Virus record (IMG/VR): IMGVR_UViG_3300037466_003065
Coordinates: 1-64,000 of that record
Source: a virus
Length of the DNA: 64,000 nucleotides
Reading direction: 5' to 3' (one strand)
Position numbers and translations under genes: made by a program
Shown: one piece after another, positions 48,684-57,262 of the stretch
How positions within the stretch are numbered: position 1 is the first letter of the stretch
Layout: every line of letters begins with the position of its first letter
The notes under the pieces: model-generated
What the model saw: the letters and a program-made list of their open reading frames with translations, nothing else
The model's database searches: none
Told to the model about the DNA's origin: nothing

Positions 48684-48714
48684 CAAAGAAAACGGCCCGG
48701 CACACGCCGGGCCG
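48684..48714 (-). terminator. Rho-independent terminator
   Basis: 9-bp stem CGGCCCGGC/GCCGGGCCG (48693-48714) with a 4-nt loop, followed on the minus strand by TTTTCTTTG. Confidence 0.85.
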
Positions 48715-48741
48715 CCCACCGCGACCGCGATCGCGGCCCGC

Positions 48742-50133
48742 TTACGCGGTCACGTTGTGTACTAGCATCCCGGCGAACCCGCCCTCTTCCCACAGGTACG
48801 CCTCGGCCGAGCGGGGGCCGTCCGTGTAGCCGTTCTGGGCGTGCCAGGCGTCGGCGGGACAGAGCGACGGGAGGACTCGAACGTGCACGCCGTGGTCGAC
48901 GTGGAGCGTGGTGTCGCCGCGCATCTTCTTGCTCTTGAAGATCGTGTGCTTCCGCGTGTGCAGGTGCCCCAGGTGCAGCTCGCGGTGGGTCGCGCGGGCG
49001 AACGACAGGGGTGCCGCGTTCGCGAAGAACATGGGCAGGTCGGCCGGCGACATCTTGTCCCCGTGCAGGAAGCCGACCAGCGTTTGGCCGTACTCGACCC
49101 ACTTGAAGAGGTTGGGGCGGTTGTCCACCCGAACGTCCTTGCAGCGATGGAAGCGGGCCTCGACGACGTCGCCCAGGTAGAAGGTGCGTTCGTAGTCGTG
49201 GTTGCCGGGGACGATCAGGGCCTCGACGGGCGCCACTCCGCGGCACATCTCGATCGCCCGGATGACGGCCTGCGTGGCCACCCGGAACGACTTCTGCCAC
49301 CGGCCGTCCACGTCCTGCGGCGTGCCCGCCGCGGTCGCGTTCTCCTTGCCGTCCGTGTGGAGCAGGTCGTTGCCCACGGGGAGCAGGATCTTGGAGACGT
49401 GGTAGGGCTGGAGCTTGGTGAGCATGTCCTCGACGGCCTTGAGGTAGGCGCTCTCGGTGATCTTCAGATCCCAGTTGTCGCCCCCGGTCTCCTCGGCCCA
49501 GCACAGCTTTCCGAAGTGGGGGTCGGGGATCGACAGTTCGGCCATGATCCCGCCCAGCGAGGGTCGGCGGCGAACGGGTTTGTAGGTTGGGCTGTTCCGC
49601 CGCATGTCGGCGACCAGATCCTCCCGGAGCTGGTTGTTCAGGGCGATCTCCGGCGACTTCCGCTTCAGGTTGGCCTTGACCTGGAAGAGCTGGACGGCGG
49701 CGAGCTGCCGCTCGTACCGGGTGTCACTGACCTTCTCGGACGACACGCGGGCGAAGCCGTCCCACTTGTTGACCTTGTACTCCGCGACCTCCCAGACGTT
49801 CAGGTCGACCTTCATGTAGGCGAGCAGGTCTTCGAGCGTGCGGATCGTATCGGTGATCGCCGAGACGCACCGGACATCCCCCTTCACGTGATCCTCGTAC
49901 TGGTTCTTGCCGTCCTTGGGTGTCGCGTCGGCCCTGACCCCCTCGCCCCCGACCTTCCCCTGGCCCCTGCTGCGACGCTCCTTCTTGAGCTCCAGGTGCC
50001 GGTTGCGGCACGCGTCCTTGGTGATCCCGAGCTGCCTGGCGATGTGTGAATAGGTGAACCCGTTCGCCCGTCCTTCGACGATTGCCCGATCCATCTCGGG
50101 CGTGTACTTCGACGGTTTCGATCCTGATGCCAT
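48742..50133 (-). CDS. Calcineurin-like metallophosphoesterase with N-terminal HTH, 463 aa
   Basis: DPHFG, GNDLLHTD, PGNHD, HGD and GHLH motifs. N-terminal YTPEMD...YSHIARQLGITKDACRNR HTH. Confidence 0.88.
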   Translation of the reverse strand: MASGSKPSKYTPEMDRAIVEGRANGFTYSHIARQLGITKDACRNRHLELKKERRSRGQGKVGGEGVRADATPKDGKNQYEDHVKGDVRCVSAITDTIRTLEDLLAYMKVDLNVWEVAEYKVNKWDGFARVSSEKVSDTRYERQLAAVQLFQVKANLKRKSPEIALNNQLREDLVADMRRNSPTYKPVRRRPSLGGIMAELSIPDPHFGKLCWAEETGGDNWDLKITESAYLKAVEDMLTKLQPYHVSKILLPVGNDLLHTDGKENATAAGTPQDVDGRWQKSFRVATQAVIRAIEMCRGVAPVEALIVPGNHDYERTFYLGDVVEARFHRCKDVRVDNRPNLFKWVEYGQTLVGFLHGDKMSPADLPMFFANAAPLSFARATHRELHLGHLHTRKHTIFKSKKMRGDTTLHVDHGVHVRVLPSLCPADAWHAQNGYTDGPRSAEAYLWEEGGFAGMLVHNVTA

Positions 50134-50210
50134 AGTGCAAACCCTTGGTGAGACTACTTCCCCTTGTGTTTGGATTTAGATGTGATCGGCAATATTTGCC
50201 CTGTAATCCC

Positions 50211-50243
50211 CAAAAGAAAACAGCCCCGGCTTGTGGCCGGGGC
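50211..50243 (-). terminator. Rho-independent terminator after nrdJ
   Basis: 8-bp stem GCCCCGGC/GCCGGGGC (50223-50243) followed on the minus strand by TGTTTTCTTTTG. An operator half-site GTAATC lies at 50203-50208. Confidence 0.85.
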
Positions 50244-50271
50244 CGTTCTGTAATGTGGGATGGATCAGAAC

Positions 50272-53200
50272 TTAGTTTCCGCAGCTACCGCCGTGGCCGC
50301 AGTTCTGGCACTTCTTACACGTGCCGTTCGGGATCATCGTGTTCCGCTTGCACTGCGGGCACTTCTCCCCGAACTCCACCAGCTCGTCGTGGGGGCGAAA
50401 GCCGGTGTCGATCGCGCCGGGCGGCACACCCACGGCCTTGGTGTAGCCCTCGGGGCCCACCAGCCCGCCCTTCGCGGGGCTGGGGATCTGGCTGCCGGTC
50501 GCTGAGTCGACGTACAGCGTCTCGCCCACCGGCACGTCGGCGGACAGGGCGTAGGTCGGAGCGACGAACCGGATCTCGTCCAGCTTGGGTGCCGGCTTCA
50601 CCTCGCACACGCTGGCGTCGCCCAGTTCGTGGAACCGGATCAGCTTAGCGATCAGGTTGAGCGGGCTGGCCGCGCTCTTGATGTTGGGGTGTCCGACCAG
50701 GCCGTGGGGCTCGAAGTCCGAGTCCATCCAGCTCTTGAGGATCGCGTCGAGCGGGACGCCGAACTGCAGGGCGACGTTGGCGGTTTTGCAGGCCATGTCG
50801 AGCATGGCTTGGAACTCGCCTTGGTCGCGGCTGTAGGTCGCCCAGATCTCCCCGATCGTGCCGTCCGCGTACCGGGTCGTTCGCACGTAGAGCCGGCCGG
50901 CGCCGAGCTCGGCGTAGACGTCGATGCCCGCGGTGCGGACGTGGGGCAACTTGAACCGGTCGACCTTGGGGTCGAGCCGCTTCGGGCTGCTCAGCTTCGG
51001 GGCCAGGCCGAAGTCGGCCGCCAGACGGGTCAGGTCGAGCTTGTCGACGTTGAACTTGAGTTCTTTCAGCGGCTTGTCGTCCACCACTGCGAACCCGACC
51101 TGCGTGGGGTTGCTCTTCACGCCGAACACGTACTCGGCGTGCCGCTCGGCCGACGCCGCGGTGGCCACCTTCTCCACGTCCAGCCCCTCGGCCGTCAGGA
51201 TCGGGGTCTTGGCCGCCTCCTCGACGATCGCCTCCAGGTGCTCGAGCTTCTTGCGGACGAGGTTCAGGGGCTGTGACAGCTTGCACCCGTCGCGGTAGAG
51301 GGCGACCGCCTTGAGGCTGCAGTCGTGACCCATCCGGTACGCCCGCTTGACGTCGTCGACGCTGGCCGAGGCCGGCATGTTGATCGTCTTCGAGATCGCG
51401 CCGGACAGGAACGCCTGGGCCGCCGCCATCATCTTGATGTGGGCCTCCCACGGGATGACCAGCGAGGGGTCGTCCGAGTTGGCCGTCTGGAAGATCTTGC
51501 GATCCTGCGGGCGAATGAAGGGGACGTCCTTCCCGACCCGCTTCCACTCGACCAACTGGTTGATGTTGATGTCGTGGACGCCCCGAGCACGCATCGCCTC
51601 GACCCACTCCGGGTCGCCCTTCCAGTCGGGGCCCACGGTGCCGCACAGGGCATAGACCTCATCGCCGTAGTCGGGCGGCATGATGCCCGTCTTCGTGATC
51701 CACTCGCAGGTCGCGTCGACCTCCCACTTCGCGTAGTCCAGCTTCTCGAGTGCGGCCGGGATGCACTTGGGCACCGGGAACGTCATGCCGGCGCCGCCGA
51801 CGAGCTGCTTGAACGTCTTGAGGCCGAACAGGGGCTCGACGCCGGTCGTGTCGACGTCCATCAGGATGCCGATCGTGCCGGTCGGGGCGAGCAGTGTGGC
51901 CTGGGCGGTGCGGAAGCCGTACTCGGTGGCAAGGTTGTACGCCTGCGAGAGCTTGGCCAGTGTGTGGTCGAGCCACCGGGCGTCGAACTTCTTGACGCCA
52001 CCATTCGCCATGCACAGGGCTCGCTCGAGCGCGTTCCAGTCGAGTCGCTTGGGTTCGACGGTCAGCCCCTTGAAATTCAGCCGGTCGTTCAGGACGGCCA
52101 TGTGGTTGTGGACGACGCGGAGGTGCTCCTCCTTGTTCGCCCAGAACCGCGGGTACGCGCCCAACTCCTTGGCCAGCAGGGCCGACGTGAGCAGGCACTC
52201 CGCGTGCATCGCGGCGGTGATCGCCCCGCACAACGCGACGGCCTCCTCCGAGTCGTACGGGAGCAGGTGGATCATCAGCAGGGCGCCGAGGTCGGCGTAC
52301 CCGAGGCCGATGTCGCGGTAGTTGTACACGCCCATGGCGGTCTGCCGGTCGGGCAGGTGGGCCATGCAGTTCGTGATGTCGAGAATGATCGTCCAGAGGC
52401 GGGTGAAGTGGGCGAACGCGTCGAGGTCGAAGTGGCCGTCCGCGTCAAGGTATGTGGCAAGGCGGCCGCTCGCGAGGTTGCACCCCGAGCCGTTGGGCCG
52501 GAGGAACTCGGAGCACGGGTTGCTGGCGACGATCGGGGCGTCGTTCGGGGTGACGTTCCAGTCGTTGATGATCGTGCCGTAGTGCGTGCCGGGGTCGGCA
52601 CAGAAGTAGGCGGCGAGGGCGATCTCGTGCTCGAGCTCGCGGGCCGGCTTCTTCCACGCCACCTGGCCCGACGTACGCCACGTCGACTCCCAGTCGCCGC
52701 CCGCGTCGACCAGCTCGTAGAACCGGGTGGGGATCTGGACGGTGTGGTTGGCATTCTGGAACGGGACGGTCTCGTACGCCTTGCCCTCGAAGTTGGTGTC
52801 GTAGTTGACGCCCGGCCACTTGTTCTCGCCCTGTGCGGCGAGCTGCTTGGCCTTATGGATGTACTCCTCGGGGACGCCGGCCTCGCGGGCCTCCTGCTCG
52901 CGGAGCTCGACGTAATCCGGCTCCGTCCGCTCGGCGTCGACCGCGTACTGGGCGGCCATGATCCGCTGGCAGTGTTCGTTCACGAGCTTCGACCCGGCGA
53001 CCATCGAGGCGACCTGGATCTCGCTCTCGACCTTGCAGTTGATGAACTCCAGCACGTCCGGGTGGTCGAGGTCGACGACGACCATCTTGGCCGCGCGGCG
53101 GGTCGTGCCCCCACTCTTGATCGCGCCGGCGTTGTAGTCGGCCGTCTTCAGCCACGACATCAGGCCGCTGCTCGTGCCGCCGCCGGAGAGCTTTTCGCTC

Positions 53201-54075
53201 TTGCCGCGGAGCTTCGACACGTTGGCGCCGCTGCCCGAGCCGTACTTGAAGATGCGGCCCTCGCGGGTGTACCAGTCGAGGATGCCGCCCTCCTTACACA
53301 TGCTGTCCTCGACGCCGAGGATGAAGCAGGCGTGACCCTGCACCGTCTTGAATGCCGTCGCCGACTCCTTGACGGCCTTCTTCAGGATCGTGTTGTGCAG
53401 CCCGATGTCGGTGGGCTTGTCGGTCTTGTAGCCGGTGGTTTGGTGTGGGGCGTCGACCAGGTAGTGCCCGGCGCCACGCCCCTCGATGCCGTAGGCCCAC
53501 CAGAGGCCCGTGTTGAAGAACTGCGGACTGTTCGGGGCGGCCATCTGGGCGAGGAGCATGTAGCAGACCTCGTCGTAGAAGGCACGGGCGTTCTGTTCAC
53601 GAAGGTATGCTGACGCGCGACTGTAGCCCGCGTCGTCGTGGTCTTTCGACTTGAAAACGCTGTCGTCTTCGGCTGAGAACGTTAGTTTGTTGATCTGATC
53701 TTCACTCGGCTCGAAGTAGCCGTTCCGCCACCCGTAGTACGTCCACTGGCCGGCGAGGCGACGGACGACCTGCTTGACGCTGCGCTCGCCGGTGGTCGGA
53801 TGGTCGGTGCTCCCCCGCATCGGCTGCAGCCAGAACGGGACGTCCGGCTCGTTCGCTGCCGTGCCCACGGTCGGCACCCCCGCCTTGCGGAAATATTTCG
53901 TGATCAGGATGTTCCGGGCGTTCTTCGACCAGTGCTTGGGCACCTCGCACCCGAGCTGCTGGAAGACGACCTTGCTCTGATCCTTCCAGTCGCGCTGGAC
54001 GAGGTCGTAATTCTCATATTCGAACATTGCGAACGGATCCTGTCCGGGCGCAACGAACCTGCGTTGGATCTCCAT
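50272..54075 (-). CDS. nrdJ: Class II (adenosylcobalamin-dependent) ribonucleotide reductase with C-terminal TSCPD-like and Zn-ribbon domains, 1267 aa
   Basis: SD AAGGAGG. APNSPQFFN, HACFI, SGSGAN, KSGGTTRRAAKM, SNPCSE (thiyl Cys), CNLAS, APTGTIG, AISKTIN and YRDGCK. C-terminal CPQC...CQNCG. Confidence 0.95.
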   Translation of the reverse strand: MEIQRRFVAPGQDPFAMFEYENYDLVQRDWKDQSKVVFQQLGCEVPKHWSKNARNILITKYFRKAGVPTVGTAANEPDVPFWLQPMRGSTDHPTTGERSVKQVVRRLAGQWTYYGWRNGYFEPSEDQINKLTFSAEDDSVFKSKDHDDAGYSRASAYLREQNARAFYDEVCYMLLAQMAAPNSPQFFNTGLWWAYGIEGRGAGHYLVDAPHQTTGYKTDKPTDIGLHNTILKKAVKESATAFKTVQGHACFILGVEDSMCKEGGILDWYTREGRIFKYGSGSGANVSKLRGKSEKLSGGGTSSGLMSWLKTADYNAGAIKSGGTTRRAAKMVVVDLDHPDVLEFINCKVESEIQVASMVAGSKLVNEHCQRIMAAQYAVDAERTEPDYVELREQEAREAGVPEEYIHKAKQLAAQGENKWPGVNYDTNFEGKAYETVPFQNANHTVQIPTRFYELVDAGGDWESTWRTSGQVAWKKPARELEHEIALAAYFCADPGTHYGTIINDWNVTPNDAPIVASNPCSEFLRPNGSGCNLASGRLATYLDADGHFDLDAFAHFTRLWTIILDITNCMAHLPDRQTAMGVYNYRDIGLGYADLGALLMIHLLPYDSEEAVALCGAITAAMHAECLLTSALLAKELGAYPRFWANKEEHLRVVHNHMAVLNDRLNFKGLTVEPKRLDWNALERALCMANGGVKKFDARWLDHTLAKLSQAYNLATEYGFRTAQATLLAPTGTIGILMDVDTTGVEPLFGLKTFKQLVGGAGMTFPVPKCIPAALEKLDYAKWEVDATCEWITKTGIMPPDYGDEVYALCGTVGPDWKGDPEWVEAMRARGVHDININQLVEWKRVGKDVPFIRPQDRKIFQTANSDDPSLVIPWEAHIKMMAAAQAFLSGAISKTINMPASASVDDVKRAYRMGHDCSLKAVALYRDGCKLSQPLNLVRKKLEHLEAIVEEAAKTPILTAEGLDVEKVATAASAERHAEYVFGVKSNPTQVGFAVVDDKPLKELKFNVDKLDLTRLAADFGLAPKLSSPKRLDPKVDRFKLPHVRTAGIDVYAELGAGRLYVRTTRYADGTIGEIWATYSRDQGEFQAMLDMACKTANVALQFGVPLDAILKSWMDSDFEPHGLVGHPNIKSAASPLNLIAKLIRFHELGDASVCEVKPAPKLDEIRFVAPTYALSADVPVGETLYVDSATGSQIPSPAKGGLVGPEGYTKAVGVPPGAIDTGFRPHDELVEFGEKCPQCKRNTMIPNGTCKKCQNCGHGGSCGN

Positions 54076-54123
54076 TTCGGAGTCCTCCTTGAAGAGTTAA
54101 GGGATTGTCTGAAGGAGTTGGTC

Positions 54124-54153
54124 TGGCCGACTCGCGAGAGTCTCTATCGGCCA
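54124..54153. other. Inverted repeat TGGCCGA/TCGGCCA in the nrdJ leader
   Basis: 7-bp arms at 54124-54130 and 54147-54153. The minus strand also contains GCCGATAG (54151-54144) without a clear -35. Confidence 0.35.
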
Positions 54154-54154
54154 A

Positions 54155-54664
54155 TCAGTGAGGCTTGGCCACTGCCGGAACCCGCCTGAGAAGTTCCTGC
54201 AATTTCGCCCCCGCGTTGGGGTCGAACTGGCCAATAAGATCGCTCGGCGTGGCGCCCGTCTTGTCGTTTGCTTTCTTCCAGGCCGAGCTGAAGTCGTCGA
54301 CCTGTTTCGCCTTCTCGCCGAACCAGACTTGAAGGGGCCCCTGTTGGTCGTACAGGTAGGCGCCGACCGTGGCCGTGGTCATTGCCCGGGACAGGAGGTA
54401 CTGGGTTCGACAGTCCTCGATCGCGTCGCGGAACTGCCACCCCGCCCGCACGGCCACCTGAACGGCCGCGGGGTCATCCTTGTGGAGCTGGATGTACTGC
54501 GACAGGGCCTGGTAGCTCTGCTCCTTGGCGATCCGCAGCGTGTTGTCGAACGCGAGCTGCTTGTGCTCTTCGGTCAGGCGGTAGTTGTCGATCGCCTGCC
54601 GGGTAGCGGTGGAGGTGCAGCCGGCAAGTACGAGTCCGGCAACGACGAGTGCGATGTTCTTCAT
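54155..54664 (-). CDS. Lipoprotein, 169 aa (start corrected to ATG 54664)
   Basis: MKNIALVVAGLVLAG|C is a classic signal peptidase II lipobox. ATGA overlap with the upstream gene. Confidence 0.85.
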   Translation of the reverse strand: MKNIALVVAGLVLAGCTSTATRQAIDNYRLTEEHKQLAFDNTLRIAKEQSYQALSQYIQLHKDDPAAVQVAVRAGWQFRDAIEDCRTQYLLSRAMTTATVGAYLYDQQGPLQVWFGEKAKQVDDFSSAWKKANDKTGATPSDLIGQFDPNAGAKLQELLRRVPAVAKPH

Positions 54665-54951
54665 GTTGGTTTGATTCCTCTCCGGTACATGGAAATGCGA
54701 AGGGCCGCCCACGTCCGCGGGGGCTTGGGTTTGTTCCACCCGTAGAAGCCCTTGCGGCCGATCAGGATTAGCCCGTCGCAGAGAAGCCAGACACCGACGC
54801 GTTTGTATTCGGCGTGTTTGGCGGGTAGGGGGCGGAACAGGACGAGCATGAAGCCCTTACAGTGCCGGTACGCGTCGACGGCGCCCGAGCCGTAGGTGAC
54901 CCGCATCCGCTTCGTCACCCGCACCTGTGTCCAGATCACGCCGCGTGGCAT
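54661..54951 (-). CDS. Small basic hypothetical protein, 96 aa
   Basis: Translationally coupled at both ends (TAATG and ATGA overlaps). Confidence 0.55.
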   Translation of the reverse strand: MPRGVIWTQVRVTKRMRVTYGSGAVDAYRHCKGFMLVLFRPLPAKHAEYKRVGVWLLCDGLILIGRKGFYGWNKPKPPRTWAALRISMYRRGIKPT

Positions 54952-55538
54952 TAGGCACCCGCCATGCCCGACGACAGCTTGATCGCGGCGAGGACGGCGT
55001 CCTCGAAGTTCTGGGCCTTGATCGCCTTCGCGATCGCGTTGGCGGCCTGCTCGACGTCCTCAAAGTTGAGCCGCAGGCCCTCGTACCGCGTACCCTTGGT
55101 GAGCGAGAGGTAGTCGGCCTCGTAGTCGGCCAATCCGGCATCCTTGTCGCCGACGTGGGGCCACTGGATCTGGTTCAGGTCTTCGATGAAGGTCGTCGAC
55201 CAGACGGCCATCTTCTTGACGACCTCGCCGTCGAGGCCCTTGAGCAGGATGGGGACGAAGTCCTTGGGCAGCAGGCCCAGGACTGTGTAGATCTGCGACA
55301 CCTGCCCGGCGTGGGGCACGTAGTTTCGCAGCATGTCGAGCAGTTCGGTGATCATGTGATTGTCCTCCCGACACACGTCACACGCGGTGACCTGGCCGGA
55401 GATAAGGTGGTAGGGGAATGCGTCGTGAAAATTACCGCACCAACAGCGGCAGACCCATTTGGCGAGTCTGCCGCCGTGGCACGGCCCGAGTGCGGTGAGC
55501 CTGCCGAAGGTACGACTGGTCAGGCGTTCCGGGGTCAT
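54951..55538 (-). CDS. Hypothetical protein with N-terminal homing-endonuclease-type FGRLT...CxCxCG module (195 aa); internal SD start at 55355 gives 134 aa
   Basis: TGATG coupling to the dCMP deaminase stop. RTFGRLTALG...WVCRCWCGN...LISGQVTACDVC. A second start GGAGG-N-ATG at 55355, where GC3 bias becomes typical. Confidence 0.6.
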   Translation of the reverse strand: MTPERLTSRTFGRLTALGPCHGGRLAKWVCRCWCGNFHDAFPYHLISGQVTACDVCREDNHMITELLDMLRNYVPHAGQVSQIYTVLGLLPKDFVPILLKGLDGEVVKKMAVWSTTFIEDLNQIQWPHVGDKDAGLADYEADYLSLTKGTRYEGLRLNFEDVEQAANAIAKAIKAQNFEDAVLAAIKLSSGMAGA

Positions 55539-56131
55539 CAGGAAAAGACTTCGTCGGGGTGGACTTGGACGAGCTCGACCCCGGCCTCTTGGAAGAGGTA
55601 GCGACTGGACGGGCTGTAGTCGGGGTGGCTGGTCTTGAGGCAAACAACCCGCTTCACGCCGGCCTGAATGATCTGAATGGCACAATCATGACACGGGACG
55701 CCGCAGGCACAAAACATCTCGGAGCCCAGTGTCACGAGTCCGGCCCGGTTCGCGTTCGCCAAGGCGTTGCGCTCGGCATGGGCACAGTTGCACAGATCGA
55801 GCCCCTGCCCACTGGGGATATCCAGCAGCTTCCGAGGGCACGTCTGGCAACCCGCGTGCTTCGCGGCAAAGTCGGTAGCCGTAGCAACCCCGTACTTCGC
55901 GAGGGCCGTCGCCTTCTGCTCGGGCGTCATCACCTCCTTGAAGATGTGGAACAGTCGGTTGAAACTGTCGTTCGCCTCACCTTTGCGAATCGATCCGTTC
56001 CACCCACCGCACGTCGCACTGTTCCCCGCGGTGACCAGGATGACCCCGATCTTCCGCGAGTAGCACGACTCGTTGTCGTCGGCCAGGGTCTTGGCCAGCT
56101 TCATGTACTTGCGAGTCCACTTATCGATCAT
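55538..56131 (-). CDS. dCMP deaminase, 197 aa (start corrected to ATG 56131)
   Basis: YMKLA...SRKIGVILV...GGWNG, CAHAERNAL (HAE) and PCHDCAIQIIQAGVKRVV (PCxxC). Confidence 0.9.
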   Translation of the reverse strand: MIDKWTRKYMKLAKTLADDNESCYSRKIGVILVTAGNSATCGGWNGSIRKGEANDSFNRLFHIFKEVMTPEQKATALAKYGVATATDFAAKHAGCQTCPRKLLDIPSGQGLDLCNCAHAERNALANANRAGLVTLGSEMFCACGVPCHDCAIQIIQAGVKRVVCLKTSHPDYSPSSRYLFQEAGVELVQVHPDEVFS

Positions 56132-56273
56132 GACTGACCCCCTGCTGGCTGGGCCAGCCGCGTTCGCTGATGCAGCAGCCGCCAATGACGAGGGCGACCA
56201 CGATGACGATGCAGGTGTAGGCGACGACGGTCTGCAGAAAGTCCCAGCCGTTCGTCTGCTTCTTTTCGGGCAT
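56121..56273 (-). CDS. Small single-pass membrane protein, 50 aa (absent from ORF track)
   Basis: SD AAGGAG 7 nt upstream. My translation is MPEKKQTNGWDFLQTVVAYTCIVIVVALVIGGCCISERGWPSQQGVSHDR*. It overlaps the deaminase start. Confidence 0.7.
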   Translation of the reverse strand: MPEKKQTNGWDFLQTVVAYTCIVIVVALVIGGCCISERGWPSQQGVSHDR

Positions 56274-56308
56274 GATGCGATCTCCTTGAGGGGTGTGGTT
56301 GTTTTGAG

Positions 56309-56860
56309 TTAGGGGATGATGATCCCGCCGGCCTCGCCCTTGGCCTTGGCCTTGACATCTCGCGACGCGTTTTCCTTGGCGTGCTTGCCGCGGACGTCGG
56401 CGTCCAACTTGTCCATCGGCTTGACGGCGTTCTTAAACGCGACGTTGGCGCCGTGGATCGTGGTGAACAGGTCGAGCAGGAGCTTCACGTCGTTGTCGGC
56501 GTGCTGCAGGCCCTTCGTGCTGAGCAGGCACTCCGACTTGCCGACCGCACGGCCGACCTGGCCTTGCCCGTTCTTGACGAGGGCAGGGTAGATCATGGTG
56601 GCCTTGTTCAGGAGGCACGCGGCGTACGCCGCCTGCCCGAGCTGGATGGCGGTCTGAAGCATGGTCTCCTCGATCGCCTCGGGGACGAGGAGGCTGACCC
56701 GCTTGAAGCCCACGGGGATCTCGCCCTCCGGCGTGACCTCGACCGGGGTATCGGGGGTGACGGCCTGGGCGCCGGCGTCGACCGGCAGGTACTGGTTCTC
56801 GTCGACGACGCCGACTTCTTCGATCGGGGCAACGGACTTCTTCTCGTGCTCGTGGTACAT
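56309..56860 (-). CDS. Hypothetical protein, 183 aa
   Basis: SD AGGAG and phage codon usage. Confidence 0.75.
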   Translation of the reverse strand: MYHEHEKKSVAPIEEVGVVDENQYLPVDAGAQAVTPDTPVEVTPEGEIPVGFKRVSLLVPEAIEETMLQTAIQLGQAAYAACLLNKATMIYPALVKNGQGQVGRAVGKSECLLSTKGLQHADNDVKLLLDLFTTIHGANVAFKNAVKPMDKLDADVRGKHAKENASRDVKAKAKGEAGGIIIP

Positions 56861-56866
56861 GGGCTC

Positions 56867-57190
56867 CTACTTTTCGAACATGCGGATGTAAAAGGCGTGA
56901 TCCAGCAGCTCCCGCCAGGACACGCCGAACTCTTTCGACACGGCGGTGAGCAGGGCCTTGCCGTACTCCTCGCTCGCCCCCTCGCTACGGAGGTGGGCCT
57001 TCAGGGACTTGGTTAGGACGCGACCGGTGCGGCCGGCGTTCATCTCCTCGACGGACGTGGCCCGCCGGCACTCGGGCAGGTCGATCAGCTCAACCATCGC
57101 CAGCTTGTCGGACGGCGTCTCGGGCAACCACACGAACCCCTTAGACCGGGGCGACGTGCCGGTGTAGTCGGTGAAGAAACTGATCTTCAT
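56867..57190 (-). CDS. Hypothetical protein, 107 aa
   Basis: SD GGAG and phage codon usage. Confidence 0.7.
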   Translation of the reverse strand: MKISFFTDYTGTSPRSKGFVWLPETPSDKLAMVELIDLPECRRATSVEEMNAGRTGRVLTKSLKAHLRSEGASEEYGKALLTAVSKEFGVSWRELLDHAFYIRMFEK

Positions 57191-57198
57191 GTCACTCC

Positions 57199-57236
57199 AA
57201 TAAAGAGCCCCGATCCCGTGCAGCAGGATCGGGGCT
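57199..57236 (-). terminator. Terminator/attenuator after the lipoprotein gene
   Basis: 11-bp stem AGCCCCGATCC/GGATCGGGGCT (57206-57236) followed on the minus strand by CTTTATT. Confidence 0.7.
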
Positions 57237-57262
57237 GGGGACGTGTTCGTCGGGTCGGGTTG

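Noticed and set aside
50183-50190. GCCGATCA on the minus strand upstream of the phosphoesterase (also GCCGATGG at 58298)
   Set aside because: There is no TAAA-like -35 at the expected distance, so neither is counted as a sigma-28 promoter.
54076-54155. Cobalamin riboswitch or NrdR box upstream of nrdJ
   Set aside because: The gap is only about 80 nt, too short for a B12 riboswitch and without its conserved boxes. No NrdR-box-like palindrome was seen.
43402-56131. Modified-base pathway
   Set aside because: ThyX, dCMP deaminase and the kinase look conventional. No hydroxymethylase, glycosyltransferase or PurZ/queuosine genes are present here.
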